DNA of 62,670 bases, taken from positions 382,851 through 445,520 of the forward strand of contig NIVC01000525.1 in assembly GCA_002269645.1 (NCBI GenBank), written 5' to 3'. The notes beneath the pieces are model-generated. The model was not told the DNA's origin. It saw only the letters and a program-made list of their open reading frames with translations, and searched no databases. Shown one piece after another: positions 12,078 through 28,741 of the stretch. The position numbers and the translations under genes are program-made. The stretch is from Macrostomum lignano. Lineage: Eukaryota. Position 1 is the stretch's first letter; each line of letters starts with the position of its first letter.

Positions 12078-13165
12078 CAGGGTATTAATCGGATCAAGAA
12101 TCCTAATGGGATCAAGAATCCTAATCGGATCAAGAATCCTAATGGGATCAAGAATCCTAATCGGATCAAGAATCCTAATGGGATCAAGAATCCTAATCGG
12201 ATCAAGAATCCTAATGGGATCAAGAATCCTAATCGGATCAAGAATCCTAATGGGATCAAGAATCCTAATCGGATCAAGAATCCTAATGGGATCAAGAATC
12301 CTAATGGGATCAAGAATCCTAATGGGATCAAGAGTTCTAATCGGATCAAGAATCCTAATGGGATCAAGAATCCTAATCGGATCAAGAATCCTAATGGGAT
12401 CAAGAATCCTAATCGGATCAAGAATCCTAATGGGATCAAGAATCCTAATCGGATCAAGAATCCTAATTCGATCAAGAATCCTAATGGGATCAAGAATCCT
12501 AATGGGATCAAGAGTTCTAATCGGATCAACAATCCTAATGGGATCAAGAATCCTAATGGGATCAAGAATCCTAATCGGATCAAGAATCCTAATGGGATCA
12601 AGAATCCTAATGGGATCAAGAGTTCTAATCGGATCAACAATCCTAATGGGATCAAGAATCCTAATCGGATCAAGAATCCTAATGGGATCAAGAATCCTAA
12701 TGGGATCAAGAATCCTAATGGGATCAAGAATCCTAATCGGATCAAGAATCCTAATGGGATCAAGAATCCTAATGGGATCAAGAATCCTAATGGGATCAAG
12801 AATCCTAATGGGATCTATCCTAATGGGATCAAGAGTTCTAATCGGATCAAGAATCCTAATGGGATCAAGAATCCTAATGGGATCTATCCTAATGGGATCA
12901 AGAATCCTAATCGGATCAAGAATCCTAATGGGATCAAGAATCCTAATCGGATCAAGAATCCTAATGGGATCAAGAATCCTAATGGGATCAAGAATCCTAA
13001 TGGGATCAAGAATCCTAATGGGATCAAGAATCCTAATGGGATCAAGAATCCTAATGGGATCTATCCTAATGGGATCTATCCTAATGGGATCAAGAGTTCT
13101 AATCGGATCAAGAATCCTAATGGGATCAAGAATCCTGATGGGATCAAGAATCCTAATGGGATAAA
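12078..13165. repeat. Minisatellite, 18-bp unit GGGATCAAGAATCCTAAT
   Basis: Near-perfect tandem copies starting about 45 bp from the exon 4 acceptor. Confidence 0.95.
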
Positions 13166-13649
13166 AAGTCCTACTAGGATAAAGTTAGACGTAAACAATA
13201 GGCGTAAACCTATTTTTTGCTCAAAAACGCTCACCGCTAACCGCTACTTTCAGTAGTCTATGTAGCAATGAATCCTAGTCAGTTTATGCACCCAACGGAT
13301 AATCTAGATTGGTCAAAGCACATCTGCTCCGGCTGTTTTAGCCGGGAAATTTTGAAATGGCTGTTCTCCTTTCTTCTGTCTTCTTTCTTCTTCTGTTCAA
13401 AGTTTCCGCTTCTGTCTGTGATGAATATTTTAGAAGGGCCGGCCCCAGTATTTTGCTGTGCGAAAGAAACTCAGGAAAACTGACACAAGATAGCCATCGA
13501 TATGTTGGGCAGGAATGGACCAGGGAATTCTGGAAATATTCTGTTTAGTCATTCGCGAAAATAGAAAGTAAAAACTTGTAAGAGGTCATCTGTGGCTGAA
13601 GCATTTTTAGTGTGCCAATAACCTATCGACTAGAAGCAGAAGCTGGGTG

Positions 13650-14900
13650 ACTTTGAGAGCGGAAGTGACTGCGAGAGTGACTGGGAAAGTGGGAGAGTCA
13701 CTGTGTGAGTGACTGTGTGAGAGTGAATGCGAGAGTGACCGCAAGAGTGACCGTGAGAAAGTGACTGCGAGAGTGACTGCGAGAGTGACTGGGAAAGTGG
13801 GAGAGTCACTGTGTGAGCATGACTGTGTGAGAGTGACTGCGAGAGTGACCGTGCGAGAGTGACCGTGCGAGAGTGACTGCGAGAGTGACTGCGAGAGTGA
13901 CTGAGAAAGTGGGAGAGTCACTGTGTGAGTGACTGTGTGAGAGTGACTGCGAGAGTGACCGCAAAAGTGACCGTGTGAGAGTGACTGCGAGAGTGACTGC
14001 GAGAGTGACCGTGCGAGAGTGACCGTGCGAGAGTGACTGCGAGAGTGACTGCGAGAGTGACTGAGAAAGTGGGAGAGTCACTGTGTGAGTGACTGTGTGA
14101 GAGTGACTGCGAGAGTGACTGCGAGAGTGACTGCGAGAGTGACTGCGAGAGTGACTGCGAGAGTGACTGCGAGAGTGACTGCGAGAGTGACTGAGAAAGT
14201 GGGAGAGTCACTGTGTGAGTGACTGTGTGAGAGTGACTGCGAGATTGACTGCGAGAGTGACTGCGAGAGTGACTGCGAGAGTGACTGCGAGAGTGACTGA
14301 GAAAGTGGGAGAGTCACTGTGTGAGTGACTGTGTGAGAGTGACTGCGAGATTGACTGCGAGAGTGCCTGCGAGAGTGACTGCGAGAGTGACTGCGAGAGT
14401 GACTGAGAAAGTGGGAGAGTCACTGTGTGAGTGACTGTGTGAGAGTGACTGCGAGATTGACTGCGAGAGTGACTGCGAGAGTGACCGTGTGAGAGTGACT
14501 GCGAGATTGACTGCGAGAGTGACTGCGAGAGTGACCGTGTGAGAGTGACTCCAAGAGTGACTGCGAGATTGACTGCGAGAGTGACTGCGAGAGTGACTGA
14601 GAAAGTGGAAGAGTCACTGTGTGAGTGACTGTGTGAGAGTGACTGCGAGTTTGACTGCGAGAGTGACTGCGAGAGTGACTGCGAGAGTGACTGCGAGAGT
14701 GACTGAGAAAGTGGGAGAGTCACTGTGTGAGTGACTGTGTGAGAGTGACTGCGAGATTGACTGCGAGAGTGACTGCGAGAGTGACCGTGTGAGAGTGACT
14801 CCAAGAGTGACTGCGAGATTGACTGCGAGATTGACTGCGAGAGTGACTGCGAGAGTGACCGTGTGAGAGTGACTCCAAGAGTGACTGCGAGAGTGACAAC
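13650..14900. repeat. Compound minisatellite, 12-bp GAGAGTGACTGC with recurring higher-order block
   Basis: 12-mers punctuated by a recurring CTGAGAAAGTGGGAGAGTCACTGTGTGAGTGACTGTGT block. Confidence 0.93.
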
Positions 14901-15593
14901 TAGAGAGTGAATCTGAAAAAGTTATGTAGACTCAGTAATACTGCGAGTCAGTTTTCAGAGCATCTGGGAGAATTTGCAAGAGTGCATCAGATTATGTAAC
15001 CATTGGGAGAATTAAAATTCGTTATTAAAGAGAAATAAAATCGGTTCAACTTTCTCGAACAGATCAGCATAATTTCCGGAATTCCCCATAGGGAGGTTGA
15101 ATTACTCGTAGTTCTTCAAGTCATGAACACTCCACAGAAATTTCCGAGTTGCAATGCTGAGACGCTATTCAATATTCAAACAATACCCATGCATTATCAT
15201 CAAATCTTTCATCTAGCTATAGCTCTTGGAAATGAGGGATTTTAATCCCAATCGGGAGATTCTGTTAGTGATGGATCGGAGACCATAAAAGACGCTGATC
15301 TCTGCTGTGTGACCCGCTTTTGAGCTCTCGAAACAAAAGAAGGGATGCCTCTAAAACTGAGGCTTTCAAATGATCAAATGACCTGCTGTTCATGGAAACT
15401 GCTTATAAACATCAGCTGTTTTGAATTTCCAGGCATTTATTAAACTCTGGGTTTTTGTTTTAATTTCTCCAGTTTACTTGTAGGAGGGCACAGCGGCCTC
15501 TGTGCCTTGGGGGTTCGCCCTCGGACTTGTGAAGTCCAGATTGTAAAAAATTGTCAATCAAAACAAAACTAATAACTAGCGAAACTGGCTCAC

Positions 15594-15914
15594 TTTCTAA
15601 GAAAATCCGCCTGCCTGTTAGACCGGCGGCTCAGCTTGTAGGCCACCGTTGCGTAGCAACCAGCGATAAACAGCAGGGGGCCGGCGTACAGCAGAAAGAA
15701 GATCACTATGATGTGGTAGATTTTCATCTGCACCATGTCCATGGTGTTGATGCACACCAAGTAAGTTCGGTTATTATTCGGCACTGTTTGCAGATCGTGG
15801 TAGATCAGCCAGGGCGACAGAGCCAGCAGGACGTACATCCAGATGCCGCAGATGATGCACATTGTCTTCTTCTTGGAGAAGTGACGCTTCAGAGGTCGGC
15901 AGATGGCCAAGTAG
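15594..15914 (-). CDS. Neuropeptide GPCR exon 3 (end of DRY motif, TM4-TM5)
   Basis: Acceptor atctgacag|C, donor AA|gtgagc, 321 nt, phase 2-2; encodes YLAICRPLK...CGIWMYVLLALSP...CINT...LYAGPLLFIAGCYATVAYKL. Confidence 0.9.
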
Positions 15915-16019
15915 CTGTCAGATTTGTTATATAGGTTGGGGCAATGAGAAACTCACCTCGTCCTTAGTGTGAAAAACTGATAATCTACAGTCAGCCAACA
16001 GTTGACTAAAAAAGGACGT

Positions 16020-16540
16020 TCGACCATAGACACTAAAGCGACAGACACAGATCATACTGAATCTACCATAGACATGGATTACCCACTCGACCATAGACAC
16101 TAAAGCGACAGACACAGATCATACTGAATCTACCATAGACATGGATTACCCACTCGACCATAGACACTAAAGCGACAGACACAGATCATACTGAATCTAC
16201 CATAGACATGGATTACCCACTCGACCATAGACACTAAAGAGACAGACACAGATCATACTGAATCTACCATAGACATGCTTACCCACTCGACCATAGACAC
16301 TAAAGGGACAGACACAGATCATACTGAATCTACCATAGACATGGATTACCCACTCGACCATAGACACTAAAGGGACAGACACAGATCATACTGAATCTAC
16401 CATAGACATGGATTACCCACTCGACCATAGACACTAAAGCGACAGACACAGATCATACTGAATCTACCATAGACATGGATTACCCACTCGACCATAGACA
16501 CTAAAGCGACAGACACAGATCATACTGAATCTACCATAGG
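16020..16540. repeat. Minisatellite, 67-bp unit, in GPCR intron 2
   Basis: CGACCATAGACACTAAAG recurs at 16021, 16088 and onward; about 8 copies. Confidence 0.93.
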
Positions 16541-16607
16541 CTTTGTTGTCTATGCTCGAGTCAGCAGTTCTGCTTGTGAGAAAAGAACAGGCATGGAAGA
16601 ATCGTAC

Positions 16608-16707
16608 CGATCGAATGCGATCACGCTGAATGTTGTGACGGAGGCGGCCACCGCCACACCCTGCAGGTAGGGAATCGCTTTGCACAGGGCTCTGCCGGCT
16701 ACCCAGT
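16608..16707 (-). CDS. Neuropeptide GPCR exon 2 (ECL1-TM3)
   Basis: Acceptor cctccccgcag|AC, donor CG|gtacga, 100 nt; encodes WVAGRALCKAIPYLQGVAVAASVTTFSVIAFDR, resembling SIFamide/NPFF/orexin-type receptor TM3. Confidence 0.9.
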
Positions 16708-16754
16708 CTGCGGGGAGGGAGGTGCGGTGCGGTGTTGGCTGATGATTCACTGGT

Positions 16755-17215
16755 TTTGGGATCGGGAATCTGTAATGATTAATCGGGAATCTGTAATGAT
16801 TAGTCGGGAATCTGTAATGATTAGTTGGAAATCTGTAGTCGGGAATCTGTAATGATTAGTCGGGAATCTGTAGTCGGGAATCTGTAGTCGGGAATCTGTA
16901 GTCGGGAATCTGTAGTCGGGAATCTGTAGTCGGGAATCTGTAGTCGGGAATCTGTAGTCAGGAATCTGTAATGAGGAATCGGGAATCTGTAATGAAGAAT
17001 CGGGAATCTGTAATGAGGAATCGGGAATCTGTAATGAAGAATCGGGAATCTGTAATGAGGAATCGGGAATCTGTAATGAGGAATCGGGAATCTGTAATGA
17101 AGAATCGGGAATCTGTAATGAGAAATCGGGAATCTGTAATGAGGAATCGGGAATCTGTAATGAGGAATCGGGAATCTGTAATGAGAAATCGGGAATCTGT
17201 AATGAGGAGTCTGTA
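16755..17215. repeat. Minisatellite, 14- and 21-bp units built on GGGAATCTGTA
   Basis: Tandem copies starting about 50 bp from the exon 2 acceptor. Confidence 0.92.
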
Positions 17216-18159
17216 TTCTTCGATGAAATTCATGTTAGTCTGTCTTGTAGAGGAGTTTAAGTGTGTAAAACTTAATTCTTTACTTAACTAGGCATTGTGA
17301 TAAATTTCAATAAAAAACACCCACCCCAATGTCTTTGTTAACTTTTTTGCTCAAGAAAAGTTCGTCTGTCAGTCACTTGTTGGAATTTTCGGGGAGAAAT
17401 ACTTGAGTGGATATTTGGGAGTTCAACTCCGGGATCTACCCGGAAATCGATAGCCGCTTTTTCTGCTGCCTGGCGACACTCCCTGAGCTCAAGTCTCTCC
17501 TTACTCACAAGCCAAGGCTTTTTTAAGCTCTTGGGGATTTCTCTCCGAGGCTCAGGCAACCAACGGACTCGACTTTGATCGGCCTCCCCTGTCTCCCCTA
17601 TTCCCCTCTGGAAGAATTGATGATCCCCTCAACTGGGATCCCAGATTTGCGCCGCCGCTGCTGGGGGGCGCACAGACAGGCAATTAATCAGCCGGCGCCT
17701 GGCGACCTCCGAAACTGACCGCTCATGGAGAATGGAAGCTGCTGCTGCTGCGGACTGCTGAACAGGGGGGGGGCTTGAAGAAGGAGTGGGAGAGAGGGGA
17801 TACTTAAAAGGGAGACTTCCCGCCCTGTCGCGAATTTTACTTTCCCCAGTGATGAGCGTGTAGGGAAGTGACGGGATTTCTGGGAGAACGGGTCTCTGGG
17901 GGGGGGGGGCAGAGGCAAAGGGAAATCGCGAGGTTGTTTGATCCCGCGAGCTGTGTTTTATGGCTGTAGCAAATTTTGAAGTTGGCAGATTTAAAAAAAT
18001 GCGCAAAAATATTAACTCGTAAAAATTTTTCCAACGCTGAGCAGGCGGATATCTGCAGATGGAGTTCATCGTCAAGTAAGGAAATATTTTCTGAGGACAG
18101 CTGGACTCGAAAGCACAGAGTCTTGGGTGGGGAGGGCTCTTGAGAGGGGCCGGATTTTG

Positions 18160-18805
18160 GAAAAGGGCAAGTCTCAGGATAGAAGGGGGCAAGTCTCAGT
18201 ATAGAAGGGGGCAAGTCTCAGTATAGAAGGGGGCAAGTCTCAGGATAGAAGGGGGCAAGTCTCAGTATAGAAGGGGGCAAGTCTCAGGACAGAAGGGGAC
18301 AAGTCTCAGGAGAGAGAGGGACAAGTCTCAGGAGAGAGAGGGACAAGTCTCAGGAGAGAGAGGGACAAGTCTCAGGTGAGAGAGGGGACAAGTCTCAGGT
18401 GAGAGAGGGGACAAGTCTCAGGTGAGAGAGGGGGACAAGTCTCAGGATAGAGGGGGTCAAGTCTCAGGATAGAGGGGGTCAAGTCTCAGGTGAGAGAGGG
18501 GACAAGTCTCAGGTGAGAGAGGGGACAAGTCTCAGGTGAGAGAGGGGGACAAGTCTCAGGTGAGAGAGGGGGACAAGTCTCAGGTGAGAGAGGGGGACAA
18601 GTCTCAGGTGAGAGAGGGGGACAAGTCTCAGGTGAGAGAGGGGGACAAGTCTCAGGTGAGAGAGGGGACAAGTCTCAGGTGAGAGAGGGGGACAAGTCTC
18701 AGGTGAGAGAGGGGACAAGTCTCAGGTGAGAGAGGGGGACAAGTCTCAGGTGAGAGAGGGGGACAAGTCTCAGGTGAGAGAGGGGGACAAGTCTCAGGAG
18801 AGAGG
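18160..18805. repeat. Minisatellite, 23-24-bp unit AAGTCTCAGGTGAGAGAGGGGGAC
   Basis: Tandem copies grading from an ATAGAAGGGGGC variant to a TGAGAGAGGGGGAC variant. Confidence 0.93.
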
Positions 18806-19414
18806 GGATTTGAAGTTTGAAGTGGCTCTTAATATGTAGTTACGCAGCTCATAAATAATGAGAGGGCATGACAAGTGAAAAGATCATGAATAGATTTAAA
18901 TGCAATTGTTAAACATGCCGCGATAATTAGAGCCGCTAAAATAAAGAATGGGATGTGTAATTAGCCAAACATAAAAAATTTGCAGGTGCAATTAAAGCCT
19001 GCTAAATAAGAAAGCAATGTTAGGTTTTTGTTTTGATGAAACTCTCCACTTTAATCAGCATTTTAGCAAACAGATTAGAGGCTCCCTTGATGCAGAGAAG
19101 GGCAGTTGGGGACCCAAATTAAGGCTGCGTTTTAAAACACCTGGCCGTTGAGTCATTTAGGGTGTAGAAAAAAAGAATAATTATCGAGTGAGTTTAGTAA
19201 ATGCTGTTTGCAATCATTCCCCACCCATATGGGAAATATACAGTGAGACTGCGATGCAGATTTTTTATGATGCTGCATTTCTGCTGAGAAATATGCTCTT
19301 GAAGAAAAGCTGCTCAACAGATAAGGAATAAAAAATACAAGTGCATCTGGGGCAAGAAAGACTTGCATGCAAAAAAGTAAACAAGAAGACTCACTAGTAG
19401 ACAAGAGGACTAGG

Positions 19415-21770
19415 TTCACTAGGTCACTGGGACACTGGGACACTGGGACACTAGGACACTGGGACACTGGGACACTAGGACACTGGGACACTAGGACACT
19501 GGGACACTGGGACACTGGGACACTGGGACACTGGGACACTAGGACACTGGGACACTGGGACACTAAGACACTAGGACACTGGGACACTAGGACACTAGGA
19601 CACTAGGACACTAGGACACTAGGATACTAGGACACTGGGACACTAAGACACTAGGACACTGGGACACTAGGACACTAGGACACTGGGACACTAGGACACT
19701 GGGACACTGGGACACTGGGACACTAGGACACTGGGACACTGGGACACTAGGACACTAAGACACTAGGACACTGGGACACTGAGACACTAGGACACTAGGA
19801 CACTAGGACACTAGGACACTGGGACACTAGGACACTGGGACACTGAGACACTAGGACACTAGGACACTAGGACACTAGGATACTAGGACACTGGGACACT
19901 AGGACACTAAGACACTAGGATACTAGGACACTGGGACACTAGGACACTAAGACACTAGGACACTGGGACACTGGGACACTAGGACACTGGGACACTGGGA
20001 CACTGGGACACTGGGACACTAGGACACTGGGACACTGGGACACTAGGACACTAGGACACTGGGACACTGGGACACTAGGACACTGGGACACTAGGACACT
20101 GGGACACTGAGACACTAGGACACTAGGACACTAGGACACTAGGACACTAAGACACTAGGACACTGGGACACTGAGACACTAGGACACTAGGACACTAGGA
20201 CACTAGGATACTAGGACACTGGGACACTAGGACACTAAGACACTAGGATACTAGGACACTGGGACACTAGGACACTAAGACACTAGGACACTGGGACACT
20301 GGGACACTAGGACACTGGGACACTGGGACACTGGGACACTGGGACACTAGGACACTGGGACACTGGGACACTAGGACACTAGGACACTGGGACACTGGGA
20401 CACTAGGACACTGGGACACTAGGACACTGGGACACTAGGACACTAGGACACTGGGATACTAGGACACTGGGACACTAGGACACTGGGACACTGGGACACT
20501 AGGACACTGGGACACTAGGACACTGGGACACTGGGACACTAGGACACTGGGACACTAGGACACTGGGACACTGGGACACTGGGACACTGGGACACTAGGA
20601 CACTGGGACACTAGGACACTGGGACACTGGGACACTAGGACACTGGGACACTGGGACACTGGGACACTGGGACACTAGGACACTGGGACACTAGGATACT
20701 AGGACACTAGGACACTAGGACACTAGGACACTAGGACACTAGGACACTAGGACACTGGGACACTAGGACACTGGGACACTGGGACACTGGGACACTAGGA
20801 CACTGGGACACTGGGACACTAGGACACTAAGACACTAGGACACTGGGACACTGAGACACTAGGACACTAGGACACTAGGATACTAGGACACTGGGACACT
20901 AGGACACTAAGACACTAGGATACTAGGACACTGGGACACTAGGACACTAAGACACTAGGACACTGGGACACTGGGACACTAGGACACTGGGACACTGGGA
21001 CACTAGGACACTAAGACACTAGGACACTGGGACACTGAGACACTAGGACACTAGGACACTAGGATACTAGGACACTGGGACACTAGGACACTAAGACACT
21101 AGGATACTAGGACACTAGGACACTAGGACACTAGGACACTAAGACACTGGGACACTAGGATACTAGGACACTAGGACACTAGGATACTAGGACACTAGGA
21201 CACTAGGACACTAGGACACTAGGACACTGGGACACTGGGACACTGGGACACTAGGACACTGGGACACTGGGACACTAGGACACTAAGACACTAGGACACT
21301 GGGACACTGAGACACTAGGACACTAAGACACTAGGATACTAGGACACTAGGACACTAGGACACTAGGACACTAGGACACTGGGACACTGGGACACTGGGA
21401 CACTAGGACACTGGGACACTGGGACACTAGGACACTAGGACACTAGGATACTAGGACACTTGGACACTAGGACACTAAGACACTAGGATACTAGGACACT
21501 GGGACACTAGGACACTAAGACACTAGGACACTGGGACACTGGGACACTAGGACACTGGGACACTGGGACACTAGGACACTAAGACACTAGGACACTAGGA
21601 TACTAGGACACTGGGACACTAGGACACTAAGACACTAGGATACTAGGACACTAGGACACTAGGACACTAGGACACTAGGACACTAGGATACTAGGACACT
21701 GGGACACTAGGACACTAGGACACTAGGACACTAGGATACTAGGATACTAGGACACTGGGACACTAGGACA
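19415..21770. repeat. Minisatellite, 9-bp unit GGACACT(A/G)G
   Basis: About 2.35 kb of 9-mers with a few recurrent variants. Confidence 0.96.
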
Positions 21771-22424
21771 CCACAACAAGCAAACAGCAGAGATGATCAA
21801 GAATCCCCGCAGGTCAAGGCTATAAGAACCGCTTTTCTCTGTGGCCGACTACAAATCGAAAATCGTATTTCCCGGAATTCATTCCCTAATAATCTCTCCG
21901 AGCTGCACAAGCATGCGGAATCTGGGTGAGAGATGAGGCACGAAAGAGAGGTCACAGCTGCTGACAGGCTGGACTCCAAGAGAGCAAGCATCCCACCAAA
22001 GTGTCAGAATATGTGCTCAATTTTGCATCGCGGTGAGACACGTGCCGGCTTGCGGCATGGATATGGGGCAGGCTGCGATTTCTGCTATGCCTCTAAGCGC
22101 GCAAAGAGTGTTCTCAGATGTGTCTGTCTGCACACCTCAGCATGGCAGAGAGAATTTTTATTTAGCCATCGAAATTCAATGCCGGAATCAGCTTCACTAA
22201 AACGCCATTATCGCCAGTTGGCTTTGTTGATGGGCTATGATTCTTCCTGTCGGGCTTTTTGGCTGAGTGCTGCTCTGCTGCTTGCACCTCGGGAGCTTCA
22301 GGCGTTGCTAATCATTCTTCACACAGCATCTTTGTCAGGCCTGCCTCATCGGAGCCTGTGCGTTCTGAGTATTCTTTTGTAATTTTCTGCAAATGAAACT
22401 GTTTTCTGTCCGTCTCCTTTTAAG

Positions 22425-23977
<1,553 letters not shown>

Positions 23978-24554
23978 GTGGTGAAACAATACTGCATTAG
24001 AAAAGTACATTCAGAGTCTGCATCACAAAGCATGCACTTTGCACCAGCCATTAGCCCTATTAGATTATCCTAAGCCAATGTTTCCCACAGTGAAGCAGCA
24101 ATGCAAAAAAGAAACATGCGACCAGAAAGTCAGAAGGGAAAGTCTCAAACCGACTGATCGCGGCTTCGCTCCGCTGCTCAGAGCCCTTCAATCAGCTGAC
24201 AAATGCATGTCACATCAAGCCAGCCAGACCTTGCGTGTCACACTGAGTGATGGGGAGAGGGATGGCAGTTCCCCAGTACGAGCCATGGCGCGCAGTTAAT
24301 TTACATCGCCACGTGACTTTCTTATCGCACCTGCTGTCCGGGCAATTTATTAATTTACTGCAAATAAAAATGAGACAGAGCTGCAGCCGGCATCCCTAAT
24401 CAGTGCTCAACAGGCCTGCTTGCACCTGTTGATGCGGGCGAGGCGTCCTGATGCGGTGCTTTTTCTGGATTAGAAGGGAAAGGTCAGATTGATTTGGGCA
24501 CTAAATATAGGCCGGATTAGCAATGCATTGTATTCCTTGATCCACAAAGGGTAG

Positions 24555-27410
24555 ATGTGCAATCCATTCTATTCCTTCATTGATGTTGGCTAGATTAGCA
24601 ATCCATTCTATTCCTGCATTGATGTAGGCTAGATTAGCAATCCACTCTATTCCTTCATTGATGTTGGCTAGATTAGCAATCCACTCTATTCCTTCATTGA
24701 TGTTGGCTAGATTAGCAATCCACTCTATTCCTTCATTGATGTTGGCTAGATTAGCAATCCACTCTATTCCTGCATTGATGTTGGCTAGATTAGCAATCCA
24801 CTCTATTCCTTCATTGATGTTGGCTAGATTAGCAATCCACTCTATTCCTTCATTGATGTTGGCTAGATTAGCAATCTACTCTATTCCTGCATTGATGTTG
24901 GCTAGATTAGCAATCCACTCTATTCCTGCATTGATGTTGGCTAGATTAGCAATCCACTCTATTCCTGCATTGATGTTGGCTAGATTAGCAATCCACTCTA
25001 TTCCTTCATCCATGCAGGCTAGATTAGCAATCCACTCTATTCCTGCATTGATGTTGGCTAGATTAGCAATCCACTCTATTCCTGCATTGATGTTGGCTAG
25101 ATTAGCAATCCACTCTATTCCTGCATTGATGTTGGCTAGATTAGCAATCCACTCTATTCCTGCATTGATGTTGGCTAGATTAGCAATCCACTCTATTCCT
25201 GCATTGATGTTGGCTAGATTAGCAATCCACTCTATTCCTGCATTGATGTTGGCTAGATTAGCAATCCACTCTATTCCTTCATCCATGCAGGCTAGATTAG
25301 CAATCCACTCTATTCCTGCATTGATGTTGGCTAGATTAGCAATCCACTCTATTCCTGCATTGATGTTGGCTAGATTAGCAATCCACTCTATTCCTGCATT
25401 GATGTTGGCTAGATTAGCAATCCACTCTATTCCTGCATTGATGTTGGCTAGATTAGCAATCCACTCTATTCCTGCATTGATGTTGGCTAGATTAGCAATC
25501 CACTCTATTCCTGCATTGATGTTGGCTAGATTAGCAATCCACTCTATTCCTTCATTGATGTTGGCTAGATTAGCAATCCACTCTATTCATTCATTGACGT
25601 TGGCTAGATTAGCAATCCACTCTATTCCTTCATTGATGTTGGCTAGATTAGCAATCCACTCTATTCCTGCATTGATGTTGGCTAGATTAGCAATCCACTC
25701 TATTCCTTCATTGATGTTGGCTAGATTAGCAATCCACTCTATTCCTTCATTGATGTTGGCTAGATTAGCAATCCACTCTATTCCTGCATTGATGTTGGCT
25801 AGATTAGCAATCCACTCTATTCCTTCATCCATGCAGGCTAGATTAGCAATCCACTCTATTCCTGCATTGATGTTGGCTAGATTAGCAATCCACTCTATTC
25901 CTTTATCCATGCAGGCTAGATTAGCAATCCACTCTATTCCTGCATTGATGTTGGCTAGATTAGCAATCCACTCTATTCCTGCATTGATGTTGGCTAGATT
26001 AGCAATCCACTCTATTCCTGCATTGATGTTGGCTAGATTAGCAATCCACTCTATTCCTGCATTGATGTTGGCTAGATTAGCAATCCACTCTATTCCTGCA
26101 TTGATGTTGGCTAGATTAGCAATCCACTCTATTCCTTCATTGATGTTGGCTAGATTAGCAATCCACTCTATTCCTTCATTGACGTTGGCTAGATTAGCAA
26201 TCCACTCTATTCCTGCATTGATGTTGGCTAGATTAGCAATCCACTCTATTCCTGCATTGATGTTGGCTAGATTAGCAATCCACTCTATTCCTTCATTGAT
26301 GTTGGCTAGATTAGCAATCCACTCTATTCCTGCATTGATGTTGGCTAGATTAGCAATCCACTCTATTCCTCCATTGATGTTGGCTAGATTAGCAATCCAC
26401 TCTATTCCTGCATTGATGTTGGCTAGATTAGCAATCCACTCTATTCCTGCATTGATGTTGGCTAGATTAGCAATCCACTCTATTCCTGCATTGATGTTGG
26501 CTAGATTAGCAATCCACTCTATTCCTTCATCCATGCAGGCTAGATTAGCAATCCACTCTATTCCTGCATTGATGTTGGCTAGATTAGCAATCCACTCTAT
26601 TCCTTCATCCATGCAGGCTAGATTAGCAATCCACTCTATTCCTTCATCCATGCAGGCTAGATTAGCAATCCACTCTATTCCTGCATTGATGTTGGCTAGA
26701 TTAGCAATCCACTCTATTCCTTCATCCATGCAGGCTAGATTAGCAATCCACTCTATTCCTGCATTGATGTTGGCTAGATTAGCAATCCACTCTATTCCTG
26801 CATTGATGTTGGCTAGATTAGCAATCCACTCTATTCCTGCATTGATGTTGGCTAGATTAGCAATCCACTCTATTCCTGCATTGATGTTGGCTAGATTAGC
26901 AATCCACTCTATTCCTGCATTGATGTTGGCTAGATTAGCAATCCACTCTATTCCTGCATTGATGTTGGCTAGATTAGCAATCCACTCTATTCCTTCATCC
27001 ATGCAGGCTAGATTAGCAATCCACTCTATTCCTGCATTGATGTTGGCTAGATTAGCAATCCACTCTATTCCTTCATCCATGCAGGCTAGATTAGCAATCC
27101 ACTCTATTCCTTCATCCATGCAGGCTAGATTAGCAATCCACTCTATTCCTGCATTGATGTTGGCTAGATTAGCAATCCACTCTATTCCTGCATTGATGTT
27201 GGCTAGATTAGCAATCCACTCTATTCCTGCATTGATGTTGGCTAGATTAGCAATCCACTCTATTCCTGCATTGATGTTGGCTAGATTAGCAATCCACTCT
27301 ATTCCTTCATCCATGCAGGCTAGATTAGCAATCCACTCTATTCCTTCATCCATGCAGGCTAGATTAGCAATCCACTCTATTCCTTCATCCATGCAGGCTA
27401 GATTAGCAAC
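24555..27410. repeat. Minisatellite, 39-bp unit, GGATTGCTAATCTA-core family on minus strand (array 3)
   Basis: Unit GCTAGATTAGCAATCCACTCTATTCCTGCATTGATGTTG with a second variant (...TTCATCCATGCAG); about 73 copies by length. Confidence 0.96.
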
Positions 27411-27463
27411 TTAGCTCAGACACTATCAGTGCAGGGGCACTTGTGCAACAATACTAATATTAA

Positions 27464-28531
<1,068 letters not shown>

Positions 28532-28741
28532 TAGGGCGCTGTTAAGCCGGTACGCGCCTATGATAGTGCGCACTTTATAGGGCGCCCCTTCTCCCCCTAG
28601 TAGCTAGACACTTTCTTAGGAATCTTATTAAAGGCAAAGATAGCAGATAGTTGAGTTTTTAACTCAATATCAATTGAATTGAATTGTAGATTGACACATT
28701 AAGCGACTCGAGAGAGAATGGATAGTTCCTGCAAGTTCCAC

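Noticed and set aside
24658-27414. 918-aa and 601-aa ORFs, and similar long ORFs at 12030-13256, 22420-24051, 49767-50651, 51123-52908, 5681-6484 and 2445-3407
   Set aside because: Pure translations of tandem arrays whose units lack stops; open on several frames or strands; lie in introns or between genes.
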